From a virus (Duplodnaviria > Caudoviricetes), in the IMG/VR virus record IMGVR_UViG_2835547190_000003, positions 768 to 64,767 of that record: a DNA stretch of 64,000 bases, one strand, 5' to 3'. The notes beneath the pieces were generated by a model that saw nothing but the letters and a program-made list of their open reading frames with translations, was not told the DNA's origin and searched no databases. How positions within the stretch are numbered: position 1 is the stretch's first letter; each line of letters begins with the position of its first letter. Shown here piece after piece: positions 36,400 through 45,285 of the stretch. Position numbers and translations under genes: made by a program.

Positions 36400-36556
36400 A
36401 AGCGCACACTTCTCAAATTACTAGAACTGTGCGCTGCACGCTTTGTGCACAAGTTTCTATATAAGAACTCTTGTGCACGAAAAGCAGCGTGTATTTGCAC
36501 AAGTCTTTTGGTGTTTTTTGAGAACTGTGCAAGAAGTCTTGGGCAAACTTCTAGTT
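36400..36556. other. Putative phage replication origin (inverted repeats around TATATA)
   Basis: GTGCACAAG..TATATA..CTTGTGCAC core with flanking inverted pairs; AT-rich. Confidence 0.45.
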
Positions 36557-36640
36557 GCATTTTAATTGTGACAGTCGGTTGTATTAATGGCTAAAAAAAG
36601 AGAGGAAGGTGGCGCCCTTCCTCTCGTTTGAAACAAAAAA

Positions 36641-37114
36641 TTATGCCTTGTTAATTTGGCTGATTGCCAGATTCGTGAGTTTATTATTGGCGGCTTTCTC
36701 CTGGTCTAATATCTGTGTCAGCAAGGTATGGGCTTCGGTGTGTCCAAGTTCCTTTGCCCATTCACGTAGCGAGCCATACCTAGCAATCTCGTAATGCTCC
36801 ACCGCCTGACATGCGGCCAATAGACCGGCGTCGAGAGCCGTTCCGCTTGCCTCTTCCATCAAGCCATCCGCTTCCTTGATTAGCCCTTCGATAGCATCGC
36901 ATTTCTCGGCGGTAGGCTTCAGCTTGAGAGACTTAAACACCTCATTCAAGATCGTGATCTGCCCCTTGGTTTCTTCAAGGTGCTCCTCGGCTGCTTTCTT
37001 CAGTTTGGCACTTTTGGCCGCTTTGGCCACTTTCGGAAGCGCCTTCGTAATGGCATTTTCTGCGTAATAAATGTCCTGCAAGGTATGCTCGAAAATATCA
37101 GACAGAGTTTTCAT
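36641..37114 (-). CDS. yciF: Ferritin-like stress protein (DUF892)
   Basis: LQDIYYAE, HLEET, QAVEHYEIARYG, EKAA. Confidence 0.92.
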   Translation of the reverse strand: MKTLSDIFEHTLQDIYYAENAITKALPKVAKAAKSAKLKKAAEEHLEETKGQITILNEVFKSLKLKPTAEKCDAIEGLIKEADGLMEEASGTALDAGLLAACQAVEHYEIARYGSLREWAKELGHTEAHTLLTQILDQEKAANNKLTNLAISQINKA

Positions 37115-37140
37115 GATCGTCCTCCTGGTTGGAAAGGCGA

Positions 37141-37165
37141 AACGAAACAATCGCTGATATGTTCC
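37141..37165 (-). promoter_or_regulatory. EcfG-type promoter of yciF
   Basis: Exact GGAAC-N16-CGTT. Confidence 0.75.
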
Positions 37166-37480
37166 TTATTAAAAAGCTCGCGACTTGAGCCAAGTCCTGA
37201 TATTTTGGCCAAGTGATTCCGTCGACAATGAATAACATTATCGAGGGTCGATCAGATCGAGAACGCATTTTGCCGCTTTCCTGCCCCAACCGCACGCAAC
37301 AATGGTTATCTTTAGGGCCACCTCCTATGCGGGGGCATGGTTTGAAACGGGCGAAAATCCTCACACACCATCAGAAACAGATGATGGTCAGCTCTATGCA
37401 GTTTGAGGGTAGGCTTTTGCCGCAACAATCTGATAAATAAGACGTATTAATTGGCCTATGTTAAATAATAAAGACATCAA

Positions 37481-37777
37481 TTGCTTATGACACTTTACAA
37501 AAAAGCATGGCTATTTCTGATTATGGTGTCTGTTATCGTGATGACATCCCCTGACTGGACCAGAGGCATCGGTGATGTGATCGGGGTGAGCAACGTTACG
37601 ATTGGATCAGTCGTTTTGGTCTTCGGCGCCCTTTTGTTCATGTTCGTATTTGTATGCCCCAAATGCTCGTTTTCACTTTTCAGAAGCGAGGGTTTTTTTG
37701 GCTTGTATATTTACCATCCATGGCCCAGCAAAGTCTGCTCCAGGTGCGGGCACAATCATTCTAGCGCTGATCGCTAG
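37481..37777 (+). CDS. Membrane protein with C-terminal zinc ribbon (moron)
   Basis: Two TM helices, CPKC..CSRC. Confidence 0.7.
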   Translation: MLMTLYKKAWLFLIMVSVIVMTSPDWTRGIGDVIGVSNVTIGSVVLVFGALLFMFVFVCPKCSFSLFRSEGFFGLYIYHPWPSKVCSRCGHNHSSADR

Positions 37778-37854
37778 AATCCGCGCCCCAAATGGTCACC
37801 TACTCCACTACAGCAAAAGCGGAGCCGAAGCCCCGCTTTTGTTATTCCTGGTTG

Positions 37855-38388
37855 CTAGCGTTTTTGCTCCACCCATAGAATGGAATCTGGGTCAACTCCG
37901 AGCTGCCGTGCAACGCTGATTGCCTTGGCCTTAATTTCCTTAGTCAGCGTGGGCTGACGGGACAGTACCCAGAAATACTTTTCGGGTTTGTCTCCTGCCA
38001 CGATTGACCATTGGTACTTTCTATCCAGTGCGACGACGTTATAACCCCCATAAAACGGCCCGAAGAAAGAAACCTTCAAGGCGCCAACTTCTGAATCACC
38101 CGCAAATTTCGCCTTCCCTGTAGCGCTCCTGAATGAACCCTTTTGCGGGTCATACCCCGCATTAACGACCTTGATTGTTCCATCGGTGTTCATCGAATAA
38201 TGAGCTGTTGTGTGGGTCATTCCTCGCTCAAACCGATTCTCGACACGTCCAAGCTCGTACCATTTTCCAAGATAACGGTCAGGATCAAAACCACTGACTG
38301 CTTGGACCTGCGGCGATCGATTGGTCGTATGGCATGCGGCCAACGCTCCTGCCAGTAAGGTAAAGGCCAGTACTGATCTCTTTTTCAT
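37855..38388 (-). CDS. blc: Bacterial lipocalin lipoprotein
   Basis: Lipobox LAAC, RYLGKWYE, LKVSFFGPFYG, WVLSR; GGAAC-N16-CTTT upstream. Confidence 0.93.
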   Translation of the reverse strand: MKKRSVLAFTLLAGALAACHTTNRSPQVQAVSGFDPDRYLGKWYELGRVENRFERGMTHTTAHYSMNTDGTIKVVNAGYDPQKGSFRSATGKAKFAGDSEVGALKVSFFGPFYGGYNVVALDRKYQWSIVAGDKPEKYFWVLSRQPTLTKEIKAKAISVARQLGVDPDSILWVEQKR

Positions 38389-38474
38389 TAATACCACCAG
38401 TTAATATATCGGCATCGAGTTAAAGCTGAACTCAACATTTGGTTCCATTCCGCTGTGCTGCCGGCTGCTATGTC

Positions 38475-40712
38475 CTAACCCGCCCGCACAAACGTGGCCA
38501 TCTCCCGCCGCACCGGATCCCGCTCCTCGACCTTCGCCAAGAAGCCCTCCTTGAACAGCGCCTTGGTAATGAGGCTGGCACGCTTCTTTTCTGCATCGTC
38601 GTCAAGGTCCAGGCCCAGCGCATAGGCAACCGCGCGCCCTACCCAATCCTTGGCCTGCGGAGCCTGCTTGTATGTACCGCCGTTGACTGTACCCCGTATG
38701 GCTTCTTTTTGCTCAACCGTCAGCGTGTCGGCCACCTCCTCGCTCGTCGGCCAAGCCCATGCCGTCACGACAGGCGCGTGGTCTTGCGGCTGTGTAAGCC
38801 CGCGCCCGTTGCCGAGCGCTACAGACTCAAGTTTGCGCCAATCGGCCTTATGTGAAAGCGCAGAAAGGTTGGACTTGCCGTAGATCATGCTGAAATACGA
38901 AAAGCGGTCTGGAACTGGAAGGCCAGCCTCATTTGCCTGCGCCTCCGTCATACGATTCAGCACGCGCACCGAACGGGCCGCGCCAATCAGGGAAACCGCG
39001 CCGCGCGCATCCTCAACGGTTGCCTCGCGCCCTTCCTGCTGTTTGCGAAGGTGGTGCACAATGTCGATAGCGCAGTTGGTGTGGTCCGCGATCTGTGCCC
39101 ATAACTTCGCCACCTTGTCGATGGCGCCGTTATCATTTTCATTGACCTGGTGCGTTGATACAAATGGGTCCACAATCATCACATCGATACCAAGCTCCTT
39201 GATAGCCGCCACAACGGCCTCAACGACAGGCTCCTGTATTTTGACGCCCTTCTTATCGTCGATCGCAACTACAAGCTCCTGCTCGCGCCCGGTATCGAGG
39301 AACAGATGCCCTTCAATATCCTCCTGCTTTAAATTGAAATGGATGCACGCCGCCATGATACGGCGCTCTAACTCGTCGCGCGGGTCTTCGGCATTAAACA
39401 GCCAGACCTTCATGCGTTTGGGCGGCTTGATGCCGTTCAACGCCTTGCCGGACGCCATGGCGAGGGCCTCCACAATGCTGTTTGCCGTCTTGCCAAGGCC
39501 GCCAGGAGCGACGGTCACCGACACATATTTGCGTATAAAATGCTTGCCGAAAGCAAATTCACGACGCGGCAGCGTGGAGGGGTCTTTCCACTGGAACGGC
39601 GTGGCGATGATCGCGCGTTGGTGTTCTTGCTCAATGGGTTGCGTCGCATTGCTATCATCTTGAACAAGGTCGGTTTTGGTGACGGCTGTGGCGACTGCCA
39701 ACGGGCTGGCGTCGCCGGGGTCTGCGTCTTGCGTCGGCGTATCTTGCGTCGCCTTGTTCCGCTCCGCTTTTGCCAACCCGTTTTCGATCATGCGGCTGAT
39801 GTCTTCAAGCCGGGTGTTGTCATTAGCAGACTGCGGCACCGAACGGGGATGGCTGATTCCCGCGCGCAGACCATTGTCGATCGTTTTCACGCAGCGCGGC
39901 CAGTCCCTGGCCCACCCGCGCGCCACGTCTTGTAGCAAGGCACGCGCTTCGGATTCCGCGAGCGCGGCAGCCCCGACGAACGTGCCCAGCCGAAACGCCG
40001 CGTCGTTCAAGCGGTTGTTGCGGTTTCCCATCGGCTCCATGGCAAGGTCGTCTAGCTCGGATTGCACTGCGCGCTCGACATAACGATCGTTGATCGTACC
40101 GGAGACAGATGGTGCCACCGTGTGGCTGTCGTAAGAACGCGGCAGCACAAGCTCTAGCAACCAGCCCGGGGCATCAGCTGGCTCCATATCGACCAGCCAA
40201 CTATAGGGCTTGCCTACCATTGGAACGCTGCCAGCCGCAATAACGTAACCGCCATCGCCGCGCACATCGATGCCAGCACCCAGAGCGCCACGATTGCGAA
40301 CGCCTGCCTTGTGCTTGAAGAAATAATGGCGGCCGCCGCTTGTGGTTTCAGCGGTTAGCGTGGCGGGCAACGGGCCGTGCTGCTCTTCCAGCGCAACCAG
40401 CGTATCCGGCCCGCCGTGCTTCGGGTCTATGTCCAGCACCCACGCGCCGATAGCCGCCCCCGTCGGCACGCCGATCATTGCACCGGGATTGCGGCGCCAG
40501 AGTTCACGAACAATGCGCTCATTCAGAGTGGCGCCGCGGAAGCCGTTGCTGGTAAGCGGTGTTTTAGTGGCTAGAATTTCCATCTCGCCAGTTTGTGGAT
40601 GGACTAACTCCTCGTCGGCGGCGCGGCATGGGAATACGGGCCAGCCTCTGGCGGCATAGTCGAGGGCGACGTCGAGCATGGGGTCGGTTGTGATGGCTGG
40701 GCTAGGCTGCAA
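38475..40712 (-). CDS. Bifunctional primase/polymerase fused to RecA-family (AAA_25) helicase
   Basis: GWPVFP, VLDID, SGGRHYFF, DVRGDGGYV; APGGLGKT, IVDPF, VHHLRK. Confidence 0.92.
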   Translation of the reverse strand: MQPSPAITTDPMLDVALDYAARGWPVFPCRAADEELVHPQTGEMEILATKTPLTSNGFRGATLNERIVRELWRRNPGAMIGVPTGAAIGAWVLDIDPKHGGPDTLVALEEQHGPLPATLTAETTSGGRHYFFKHKAGVRNRGALGAGIDVRGDGGYVIAAGSVPMVGKPYSWLVDMEPADAPGWLLELVLPRSYDSHTVAPSVSGTINDRYVERAVQSELDDLAMEPMGNRNNRLNDAAFRLGTFVGAAALAESEARALLQDVARGWARDWPRCVKTIDNGLRAGISHPRSVPQSANDNTRLEDISRMIENGLAKAERNKATQDTPTQDADPGDASPLAVATAVTKTDLVQDDSNATQPIEQEHQRAIIATPFQWKDPSTLPRREFAFGKHFIRKYVSVTVAPGGLGKTANSIVEALAMASGKALNGIKPPKRMKVWLFNAEDPRDELERRIMAACIHFNLKQEDIEGHLFLDTGREQELVVAIDDKKGVKIQEPVVEAVVAAIKELGIDVMIVDPFVSTHQVNENDNGAIDKVAKLWAQIADHTNCAIDIVHHLRKQQEGREATVEDARGAVSLIGAARSVRVLNRMTEAQANEAGLPVPDRFSYFSMIYGKSNLSALSHKADWRKLESVALGNGRGLTQPQDHAPVVTAWAWPTSEEVADTLTVEQKEAIRGTVNGGTYKQAPQAKDWVGRAVAYALGLDLDDDAEKKRASLITKALFKEGFLAKVEERDPVRREMATFVRAG

Positions 40713-40771
40713 TTGCGTTATCCTCGTGTGTGGTAGTGGTGTGGCTGTTTAAATGTCGGTACGTGATACAA

Positions 40772-41083
40772 TCAGAACGGTGCCTCCGCTAAAGCCGCAC
40801 GCATCCCCCGCCCGCACCCTTCCCACGCGGCTTTCACCAGCATGCGTGCCTCTAGCTCATCCATGTCGGCAAGGTCGGTCTTTTGGATGGACTGCAAGTA
40901 TTCCCCAACCGCCTCGACGCCTGTATCAAGCGCGCGAAGTTCGTACGGGTCCAACCGACGCCGATGCCTGATATGTTCGGCAATGTCGCCGCATTCCTTG
41001 CATAGCCAGCGGATGGGTTCGCGGCCTTCCTGCACCCCCAGGCCTACGGCATGGCGGGCGCAGACGTGGCAGATGTCGGTCAT
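40772..41083 (-). CDS. Zinc-finger phage protein (DUF6511-like)
   Basis: CHVC..CKEC; GEYL..KTDL. Confidence 0.7.
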   Translation of the reverse strand: MTDICHVCARHAVGLGVQEGREPIRWLCKECGDIAEHIRHRRRLDPYELRALDTGVEAVGEYLQSIQKTDLADMDELEARMLVKAAWEGCGRGMRAALAEAPF

Positions 41084-42468
41084 GCGGCGCTCCTGAAATT
41101 GTCGTTGGCTGGCGCATGCATCTTGAGCATGCCCGTTGGCACATTCGTGCCGGCTTCTGCAAAAGACGCCACCGGCAGATCGCGCCATTCGCCTTTCAAT
41201 TCGCCATGATCGTAATGAGCGGTGGCGGGGAGGATAGACACGAGCGTGCCGCCAGGTTTTAGGAACTTCAAAGCATGGCGAACGTGCTTGACATAGTGCC
41301 GCCCATAGAAAGGCGGGTTCATCACCACTGTGTCGAACTCTGGAGCAGCAGGCTGTTCGAGAAAATTTGCCGTCAGGACATTGTGCCCCTTAGCCCTCGC
41401 TTGCGCCGCCCTGCCCGCATGGTATTCGATGCCGAAGACATGATGTCCACGAGCGCGGATAGCATCCATGATCCGGCCGTCGCCGCATGACGGCTCCAGA
41501 ATATTCGACGGCTCCGGTGGATTGTGCCGCCATTCCGTCAGGTTATAAACACCGGCGAACTCCAGCGCCCGGTCAATAACTGCGTCTGGCGTCCAGTAGA
41601 ATTGCAGGTCTTTGGAAACTGCCGTGCTGGCGCGGGGCTTGGCGTCATCCTCCTCGGCGTCGGGCAGCACGTCGCCGTAGAACTCGGCCAGAGCCATATT
41701 GATGTCGCGCTGTGCGTCTGGCCCGAAATACAGATGGCCGTTGCCATTCGCGTAGCGTTTCAGCCAAACATCGCGCCCGATGATGGTTTCTGTTTCGTCA
41801 CTGCCTGCGCGCTGACGTGCTGTGTTGCCCTTCGGCACTTCTCTGGTTACGCGCAGTGTGTCGCCGTCTTCCAAGATCAGCGACAGCTCATGATACTCAA
41901 TCAGCGGTTTGCCTTGATAGGCTGCCAGCGCATTCAGAACGTCGCGCAGGCGGTCGCGGCCATACCCATGAATACTGCCAAGTCCTGATATAATCACACG
42001 CTTGGGCAGGCCCTTCACGCCAATCTTGACCTTGCTATGAGACTTGTAAGCCGGATCCAGATCGGCAAAGACCTCGGCAAGTCCGCGCAGAATGTGCGAG
42101 CGCGGATTCTCCAAGTATGGCCCGAACGTCGCCTTGGCATTGTCAAAGGTCAGCTCTGGCGGGTCAGCCAGCGTGCGCTCGAATAGCTTCTTGTCCTTGG
42201 CGCTGGCGATGCGGTCGATCTGGCAGCGGTTATAGAGCGTCTTCCAACCAGACGCGCGCAGGTTCTTGCGCATCTCATTGGCAGACACGTGCGCGCGCCC
42301 ACGCAGGACGGGATTGACGTATGTGCCCATGATCGTGCCTGCCATCTCGACGGCGATGCAGGCGCCCTCATACGCCTTGATGGCAGCGTCGACGTTATCG
42401 ATCTTGCGCTCGTACTCGTCGATAATGTCGAGGACTGTGCTTTGGCGCGCAGGTGCGTTGTAGGTCAT
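41080..42468 (-). CDS. DUF4942-like domain plus amino-DNA methyltransferase
   Basis: QFYWTP, ILEPSCGDG, VMNPPF, LKPGG. Confidence 0.85.
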   Translation of the reverse strand: MTYNAPARQSTVLDIIDEYERKIDNVDAAIKAYEGACIAVEMAGTIMGTYVNPVLRGRAHVSANEMRKNLRASGWKTLYNRCQIDRIASAKDKKLFERTLADPPELTFDNAKATFGPYLENPRSHILRGLAEVFADLDPAYKSHSKVKIGVKGLPKRVIISGLGSIHGYGRDRLRDVLNALAAYQGKPLIEYHELSLILEDGDTLRVTREVPKGNTARQRAGSDETETIIGRDVWLKRYANGNGHLYFGPDAQRDINMALAEFYGDVLPDAEEDDAKPRASTAVSKDLQFYWTPDAVIDRALEFAGVYNLTEWRHNPPEPSNILEPSCGDGRIMDAIRARGHHVFGIEYHAGRAAQARAKGHNVLTANFLEQPAAPEFDTVVMNPPFYGRHYVKHVRHALKFLKPGGTLVSILPATAHYDHGELKGEWRDLPVASFAEAGTNVPTGMLKMHAPANDNFRSAA

Positions 42469-43058
42469 GCTGCCACCCTCCCTAACATATCCTGATTGTC
42501 ATTAGCCGCTGCTGAAATAGCCGCCACATACTTCCCCGTTTCATTCCCCCACGCCGACCAACCCGGCCACGCTTGGCGTGCGAACAGTTCAAGGTACGGG
42601 CCGTCGACCAGCGCTTCTATGCGCGCGTATTGCTCGTCTGGCTTGCGGGAGTGCTCCCGCCTAGGCGCACGGATTAGCTGCCGAACGCCTTTGCTCTTGC
42701 GCTTGGGACGACCCCGCTTGAACAGGTGGCAGATTTCGACTTCCTGCCGGGTCCAGTAGCCCATGCCCATCCGGCCTTTATCCCAGACGAGCGCCACAGA
42801 GACAGGCTGGAATCCCCACGCAGCCGCCACGTCAAACGCAGCGGCTTGAAGATGTGAAACCGTCCACATGAACAGCAAGCAGTCCTTGGCCGCGACGTCT
42901 GCAACAGGCAAGGCTTTGATGTCATCCAGCGACATAACCGCGTAGGGTTGCTTGCCCCGCGCTGGCGCAACATTATCATTCGCGTAGGTTCTGAATGACC
43001 ATGGCGGGTCGGCTAAGATACAGCCGTATTGGCCGCTCGGTAGCGGTTCATTCATCAT
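42465..43058 (-). CDS. MT-A70 family adenine methyltransferase
   Basis: ADPPW, HSRKP, LELFAR, WGNE. Confidence 0.93.
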   Translation of the reverse strand: MMNEPLPSGQYGCILADPPWSFRTYANDNVAPARGKQPYAVMSLDDIKALPVADVAAKDCLLFMWTVSHLQAAAFDVAAAWGFQPVSVALVWDKGRMGMGYWTRQEVEICHLFKRGRPKRKSKGVRQLIRAPRREHSRKPDEQYARIEALVDGPYLELFARQAWPGWSAWGNETGKYVAAISAAANDNQDMLGRVAA

Positions 43059-43238
43059 CATAATCTCCTCGTGTTTCGTGGTGGTAACCTGCCAGTTGGT
43101 GGCTGGCGGGGTGTTGTTACTGAAATGGCCAGTAGGGCGGCTGGCTACTGATGCATTGACCGCAGAAATAGTCGGCCAAATAAAGCGGGCCGTAAGTAAG
43201 CGCCACGGCGAGCAGTATATGGCGCGGGCGAATTTTCG

Positions 43239-43415
43239 CTAAGATTGCAAACACGCCGCCATCCTTTCGCCGCCGCCTTGCTGCACAGCAGCAATTGGGC
43301 GGGTAAGGTCAGGAAACCAGTCGTCGTAGGTGGCGACGTCGATCATTGCTTCTTGCAGAGAGTACATGTCATTGATGTACGCGTCATAGTTTGGCTCATA
43401 CTCGTACGTGGCCAT
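43239..43415 (-). CDS. Hypothetical protein
   Basis: Short acidic ORF within the operon. Confidence 0.4.
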   Translation of the reverse strand: MATYEYEPNYDAYINDMYSLQEAMIDVATYDDWFPDLTRPIAAVQQGGGERMAACLQS

Positions 43416-43435
43416 TAGCCATGCGCATCCACCCA

Positions 43436-43969
43436 TCACGCCGCCCTCACCGTAATTGTTTCGGCACCGACGCGCAGCGCTGCACCCGGCACATCTTCGC
43501 CAGCATCCAGCGCGGCCTTAATGGCTGTCTTATCGGGCTCACGCTTCAACTTAACAACGTTATCGGGCAGCAGGCTTTCGTCCATAATCTCAACCCCGGC
43601 GCGACCCTTGCCTATCGACACGGTTGCTTCCGGCAGACTAACCTTGTTCAGGTCGGCGGCTTTCAGCAGCCGCAACAGCAGCGCACGCATGGCGTCCTTG
43701 CGTCTGGCGTAGCGATCCTTTCGCGCGGCCAAGTCCTTGGCGCGCTCGCCAATCGCTTGCACCATCGCGTTTGCATCGCGCTCGATTGCCACGATGCGCC
43801 CAAGCACACGGTGCGCGTCGGTTTCACCCTCGATCATGTCGGCGCGCAGTTCTTCGTCTTCGGCCAGTTCGGGGTATGCCGCAACCAAGTCGGCAAACTC
43901 CCGTTCCAGCACCGTGACGTCATAGGCTAGGTAGTTCTGTACTTTCGTGTTGTCAGCTTTGTTCTGCAT
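43436..43969 (-). CDS. Siphovirus Gp157 family protein
   Basis: Coiled coil; PDKTAIKAAL.AGE.VPGA. Confidence 0.85.
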   Translation of the reverse strand: MQNKADNTKVQNYLAYDVTVLEREFADLVAAYPELAEDEELRADMIEGETDAHRVLGRIVAIERDANAMVQAIGERAKDLAARKDRYARRKDAMRALLLRLLKAADLNKVSLPEATVSIGKGRAGVEIMDESLLPDNVVKLKREPDKTAIKAALDAGEDVPGAALRVGAETITVRAA

Positions 43970-44023
43970 GATTGCTCCTCGTGTTTTTTGGTGTAAAGCG
44001 GCTGGTAAGGCCGCTGCTAGTGG

Positions 44024-45199
44024 TTAATCCTTATACGGGTCTTTTTCTGACTTGCCCGCCATAATCACGCCGAACGGGCGTAGCGTATGCTCAATCGAAA
44101 TGGTCCCGGCGTGTTCTGCCAGCACATCAGGCAGGCGACGATAGGCTTGCGGCGCTTCATCAAGGTCACCACCGAGGACGGTGACGCCCTTGTCGGCTAG
44201 CCATGCCTGCCACTCGTCATGCCGAACCTTACCAGGCTGGCGAACTTTCTTACCCGTCTCTGGATCGCGAACAAATCGCCCTCGCGCTTCGGTGCGCGAC
44301 ATGACGCGACCAGCGCCATGGACTGTTGAATAAAGCGCGGCGCGGCTTTCTTCATTATCAACGCCCCGCAAGATCACCGCGTCATCACCCATGGAGCCAC
44401 CGACGAAGCCATACTGCCCCGGAAAGGCTGGCGTTGCGCCCTTACGAACAACCCACATATCCACGCCGCCATGCGTCTCGCGCCATGCGAAATTGTGGTG
44501 GTTATGGACGCTGAATGTCACGTTGCCGCCGATAATCTGGCGCACCTTCTCGACTACCCATTCACGGCCCGCATAGGCATATAGCCCGCCAAGCGCGGTC
44601 CCGGCCAGATACCCGCGCCCCTGGTCACTGTCGGCCTCCAGCAAGGCAGGCGGAACTTCCATTCCGTCTTTTGCCCCGGCCATAGCGAGATATTTGGTTG
44701 TAATCTTGTGACCGAGACCCCGCGATCCGAAATGGACCCCAATCCAAGTCGCGCCGGCCTCATCTTCAAACAGGTCAACATAATGATTGCCACTGCCGAC
44801 GGTGCCGAGTTGAGCGCGGGCCATAGACTTCAAGTCCTCGACGTCTGCCTCCCCCCAAAGGTCGCTATCGAATAGGTCGTGATCGATTCGCTCATCATTC
44901 TTTCGACCGACGCCGAATGACACGACCGCTGCAATATCTTGCAGGATGGTTGCCACGCGCGGTTTCAGCTCCGCAGCGGGGGTATCAAGCCTCACAGCCA
45001 TATTCCCGCATGCAATGTCAAAGCCGACGCCGCTGATGCTGATATGGTCAGTGTAACCCACTACGCCGCCGATTGGATGGGCGTAACCAAGATGGCCATC
45101 CGCACACAAAACACCGGCAGCAGCACTACCCGTGGCCATGCAGGTCTCCATCTGCTTCATAGTGCGGTCGTCATGCTGGCCGTAAATCTTGTAGGACAT
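44024..45199 (-). CDS. rtcB: RtcB RNA ligase
   Basis: DGHLG, DIACG, GTVGSGNHY, HFGSRG, HNFA, RKGAT, GSMG, HGAGR, DEAP. Confidence 0.95.
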   Translation of the reverse strand: MSYKIYGQHDDRTMKQMETCMATGSAAAGVLCADGHLGYAHPIGGVVGYTDHISISGVGFDIACGNMAVRLDTPAAELKPRVATILQDIAAVVSFGVGRKNDERIDHDLFDSDLWGEADVEDLKSMARAQLGTVGSGNHYVDLFEDEAGATWIGVHFGSRGLGHKITTKYLAMAGAKDGMEVPPALLEADSDQGRGYLAGTALGGLYAYAGREWVVEKVRQIIGGNVTFSVHNHHNFAWRETHGGVDMWVVRKGATPAFPGQYGFVGGSMGDDAVILRGVDNEESRAALYSTVHGAGRVMSRTEARGRFVRDPETGKKVRQPGKVRHDEWQAWLADKGVTVLGGDLDEAPQAYRRLPDVLAEHAGTISIEHTLRPFGVIMAGKSEKDPYKD

Positions 45200-45285
45200 A
45201 TGATTCTCCTCGTGTTTTGGATGGTTGGTTGGGCAGTCCGGTATGCACTCTAACACGCCTCGCAGCCGTTACTGTTAATGGGGTG

